60,088 nucleotides of DNA from IMG/VR virus record IMGVR_UViG_3300027861_004722. The stretch is one strand, 5' to 3'. The translations under genes were made by a program, and so were the position numbers. This document shows positions 57,994 through 60,088 of this stretch, piece by piece. Positions within the stretch are counted from its first letter, which is position 1; each line of letters starts with the position of its first letter. Below the pieces are notes generated by a model. That model saw only the letters and a list, made by a program, of their open reading frames with translations, searched no databases and was not told the DNA's origin. The stretch comes from an uncultured virus (IMG/VR IMGVR_UViG_3300027861_004722). Lineage: Duplodnaviria; Heunggongvirae; Uroviricota; Caudoviricetes.

Positions 57994-58754
57994 CGAAACT
58001 TGTCTGCTGTTTCTTTGACAGCGTCCGCTGCTCCAGTAACACTATCTACGGTTCCAGTTACCCTATCTTGGACTGATTTAACTGCAGCTTTAGCTTGCGA
58101 TATCTGTCGTTGTTTGGTTAGCCAGACTAGCACAGCTATTATGACAATAGCTAGAAGCTTTCTCTCCATAAAAACAAGCAGGCCAAGGCTAACAGCACCT
58201 AAAAGAGGATTAGTCACTCCATGGTGGTCTAGACGATCAACAACCCCTTGTCCTACAGGAGCGGTTTTATCCACAATTTTACTACCAACGTCCCTTACTT
58301 GCCCCCCACGACGAACCGCCTCATCAACGAAGGGGCCTGGAGTTTCTCTAGCGATTTCAAAAGCTGATCCTCCAGGTTGTGATAATCTTTGGGTTTGTTG
58401 CAAGTAGATTTCGGAGGCTTCTGGACTCAGAGATCTTCGGAAACCAGACACACCCTCAGAGCTTGCCTGTTCTGGGGTTAGCTTTGTGGCTGCATTAGCC
58501 ATCAAACCAGTAGCCCTTGCAGAAATATCGGTATACTTAAAATATGGGCAAGTTGCGGAGTCCCTGAATAGGGTCTGTACACTTGCAGAAATACTAGACC
58601 GAGAATCATCCCAACGCCTAGTATTTCTCAATTTCGCAAGCAGAGCTTTAGCCCCTCTTACAGTAGCTACAGGGGATCCCGCGCTCTGCTCTAGACCAAT
58701 AAGCTCCGCTGTCAGCTGACATTTAACATCTTCTGTTTGTCCGAATGTGTGCAT
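57990..58754 (-). CDS. FGQ/LG-motif membrane protein with C-terminal TM hairpin
   Basis: Start MHTFGQ (TGnTATTAT 6 nt upstream); LLGAVSLGLLVFM / LLAIVIIAVLVWL. Confidence 0.72.
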   Translation of the reverse strand: MHTFGQTEDVKCQLTAELIGLEQSAGSPVATVRGAKALLAKLRNTRRWDDSRSSISASVQTLFRDSATCPYFKYTDISARATGLMANAATKLTPEQASSEGVSGFRRSLSPEASEIYLQQTQRLSQPGGSAFEIARETPGPFVDEAVRRGGQVRDVGSKIVDKTAPVGQGVVDRLDHHGVTNPLLGAVSLGLLVFMERKLLAIVIIAVLVWLTKQRQISQAKAAVKSVQDRVTGTVDSVTGAADAVKETADKFR

Positions 58755-58782
58755 ACACAAATAATAACATATTGTGCTTTAA

Positions 58783-59616
58783 TTAGAAACCTTTCTTAGC
58801 ACACTGATCTGCGACCGGGCACGAGGGACAATCGGGATCTTTCACAACACATATTACTTTAGCTAGTTGAATAAGATGCTTATGCTTGCTTACCGGTTTA
58901 GTAGAGGTAGTAAAGTCTTCAAATTTCCGGAGCTTGTCAGTAGGGGCATCATTTAAATTAATAACCCCTAGCCTAGACAGGACACGATCTGAATGCTCCT
59001 CAAAAGGTGCCTTTGCAGTTTTCTTCCAGCAATACTCCAGAAAGTCGGTTACACAAGCAGGAAAAACAGGCTCCTTGCGCTTTCTATATTTGAGAAATCT
59101 CTTATAGAAATTACTGTGTTTCGGGCAAGCCCGCACAGGACTTTCCGCTACAACCATTTTATTCCTCTCATTCATAATATCCCATGAATCGGGGATACCT
59201 TTGAGTTGGGCCAGATAGTTATCTATCAGATCCGGCTGTAGTTGGGGCATATTTGTCAAGTCAATTGTATCTAGGGTGCTCCAGGCGTTTTGTAGAAAAT
59301 CCTTGATAGTGAGGGCTAATTCCCAAGTATCGCCTACTGCCCCGGCCTGTTTTAGAGATTCATCTATTTCTCGTAGGGTGCTAACTCGAACCTCATTCCA
59401 GCCCGAGAACTGCTTATTGCCGAACTCCCCTAGTTGAACCCCCCTAAAGATACGAACAGCGTCTCTGGCCACATCAGGGCTTTCAAAGTAGGAGATCAAG
59501 TAGTGGAGAACTCTGTCCGTAGTACCGGGCCTTTCCGGCAACTCCTGAGTAGCCCAAAATACTTTTTGATTACCAAAAGCCTGTTTTAAGCGCGGCCAAA
59601 AAAGTTCACTGTTCAT
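58783..59616 (-). CDS. endonuclease III-like HhH/[4Fe-4S] protein, divergent
   Basis: C-x6-C-x2-C-x5-C FCL motif; RVLSRLG; WNEVRVS; AAGGTG SD. Confidence 0.8.
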   Translation of the reverse strand: MNSELFWPRLKQAFGNQKVFWATQELPERPGTTDRVLHYLISYFESPDVARDAVRIFRGVQLGEFGNKQFSGWNEVRVSTLREIDESLKQAGAVGDTWELALTIKDFLQNAWSTLDTIDLTNMPQLQPDLIDNYLAQLKGIPDSWDIMNERNKMVVAESPVRACPKHSNFYKRFLKYRKRKEPVFPACVTDFLEYCWKKTAKAPFEEHSDRVLSRLGVINLNDAPTDKLRKFEDFTTSTKPVSKHKHLIQLAKVICVVKDPDCPSCPVADQCAKKGF

Positions 59617-59696
59617 ATTTCACCTTATTTGCTATAGCTCGACGGATCTCACTATAGCAAATACTGGGCTCTTGACAAGACTTGCGGTCAAAGAGT

Positions 59697-59725
59697 TTGA
59701 CAATCGCTTAGTATAGAGTTACACT
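59697..59725 (+). promoter_or_regulatory. sigma70-type promoter, leaderless geometry
   Basis: TTGACA-17-TACACT, ATG 6 nt downstream. Confidence 0.75.
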
Positions 59726-59731
59726 GGATTT

Positions 59732-60088
59732 ATGATCAAAGAACGTATTTTTCGTAAAAAAATAATCGTAGACAATTTTCTACTGCTCACTAAAGAAGAA
59801 ATAGCAGAAGACTCCTTAGATAAAGCCAAACCACTAAAAAAAGAAGCAGAGTTAGTAGCTCAAATTCATTATACCCCTCGGGGCTATTTCTGTGAAGTTG
59901 AGCAGTTTTCTCCAATGGATGTTTGGAATGAAGATTTATTCTGTAAAATCGAAGGAATAAACGATGGCTCCCCAGAAGGAGATCTTTCCGAAAAGTTCTT
60001 CGACACAAAATTAGCATCAATGCACTTCATCACACGTCGCTTAAAAAGATTAGGCTGGGATCCGCTAGACGGATGGCATAACTCTTGA
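59732..60088 (+). CDS. hypothetical protein
   Basis: 118 aa ORF with own promoter. Confidence 0.65.
   Translation: MIKERIFRKKIIVDNFLLLTKEEIAEDSLDKAKPLKKEAELVAQIHYTPRGYFCEVEQFSPMDVWNEDLFCKIEGINDGSPEGDLSEKFFDTKLASMHFITRRLKRLGWDPLDGWHNS

Overview
Dense (~90 genes), moderately AT-rich window in the standard genetic code. It is best read as part of a very large bacterial virus genome rather than a chromosome. Host-like genes are scattered outside their usual operons among many ORFans: dnaN, groES, groEL, grpE, two dnaJ, def, infC, an iscA-like gene, phoH, tdk, a dinG-like gene, a ruvC-like gene, a 5'-3' exonuclease, DUF444 and a tmRNA. Promoters are sigma70-type, and many genes look leaderless. 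No capsid, portal, terminase or tail gene is recognisable. Instead there are at least 12 small C-terminally anchored membrane proteins sharing N-terminal LG/FxG motifs, forming several paralogous families. Also present are a 6x AT-hook histone-like protein, recurring basic-NP motifs and a beta-rich structural trio. Together these suggest, but do not prove, a giant lipid-containing virion. Other oddities are a tmRNA with a 28-codon tag, several enzymes with lost catalytic residues, a possibly circularly permuted ADP-ribosyltransferase, and an E2-like protein with a 31-Cys insert. Weak clues point to a Planctomycetota host. All family calls come from motif recognition by eye; no searches were run.
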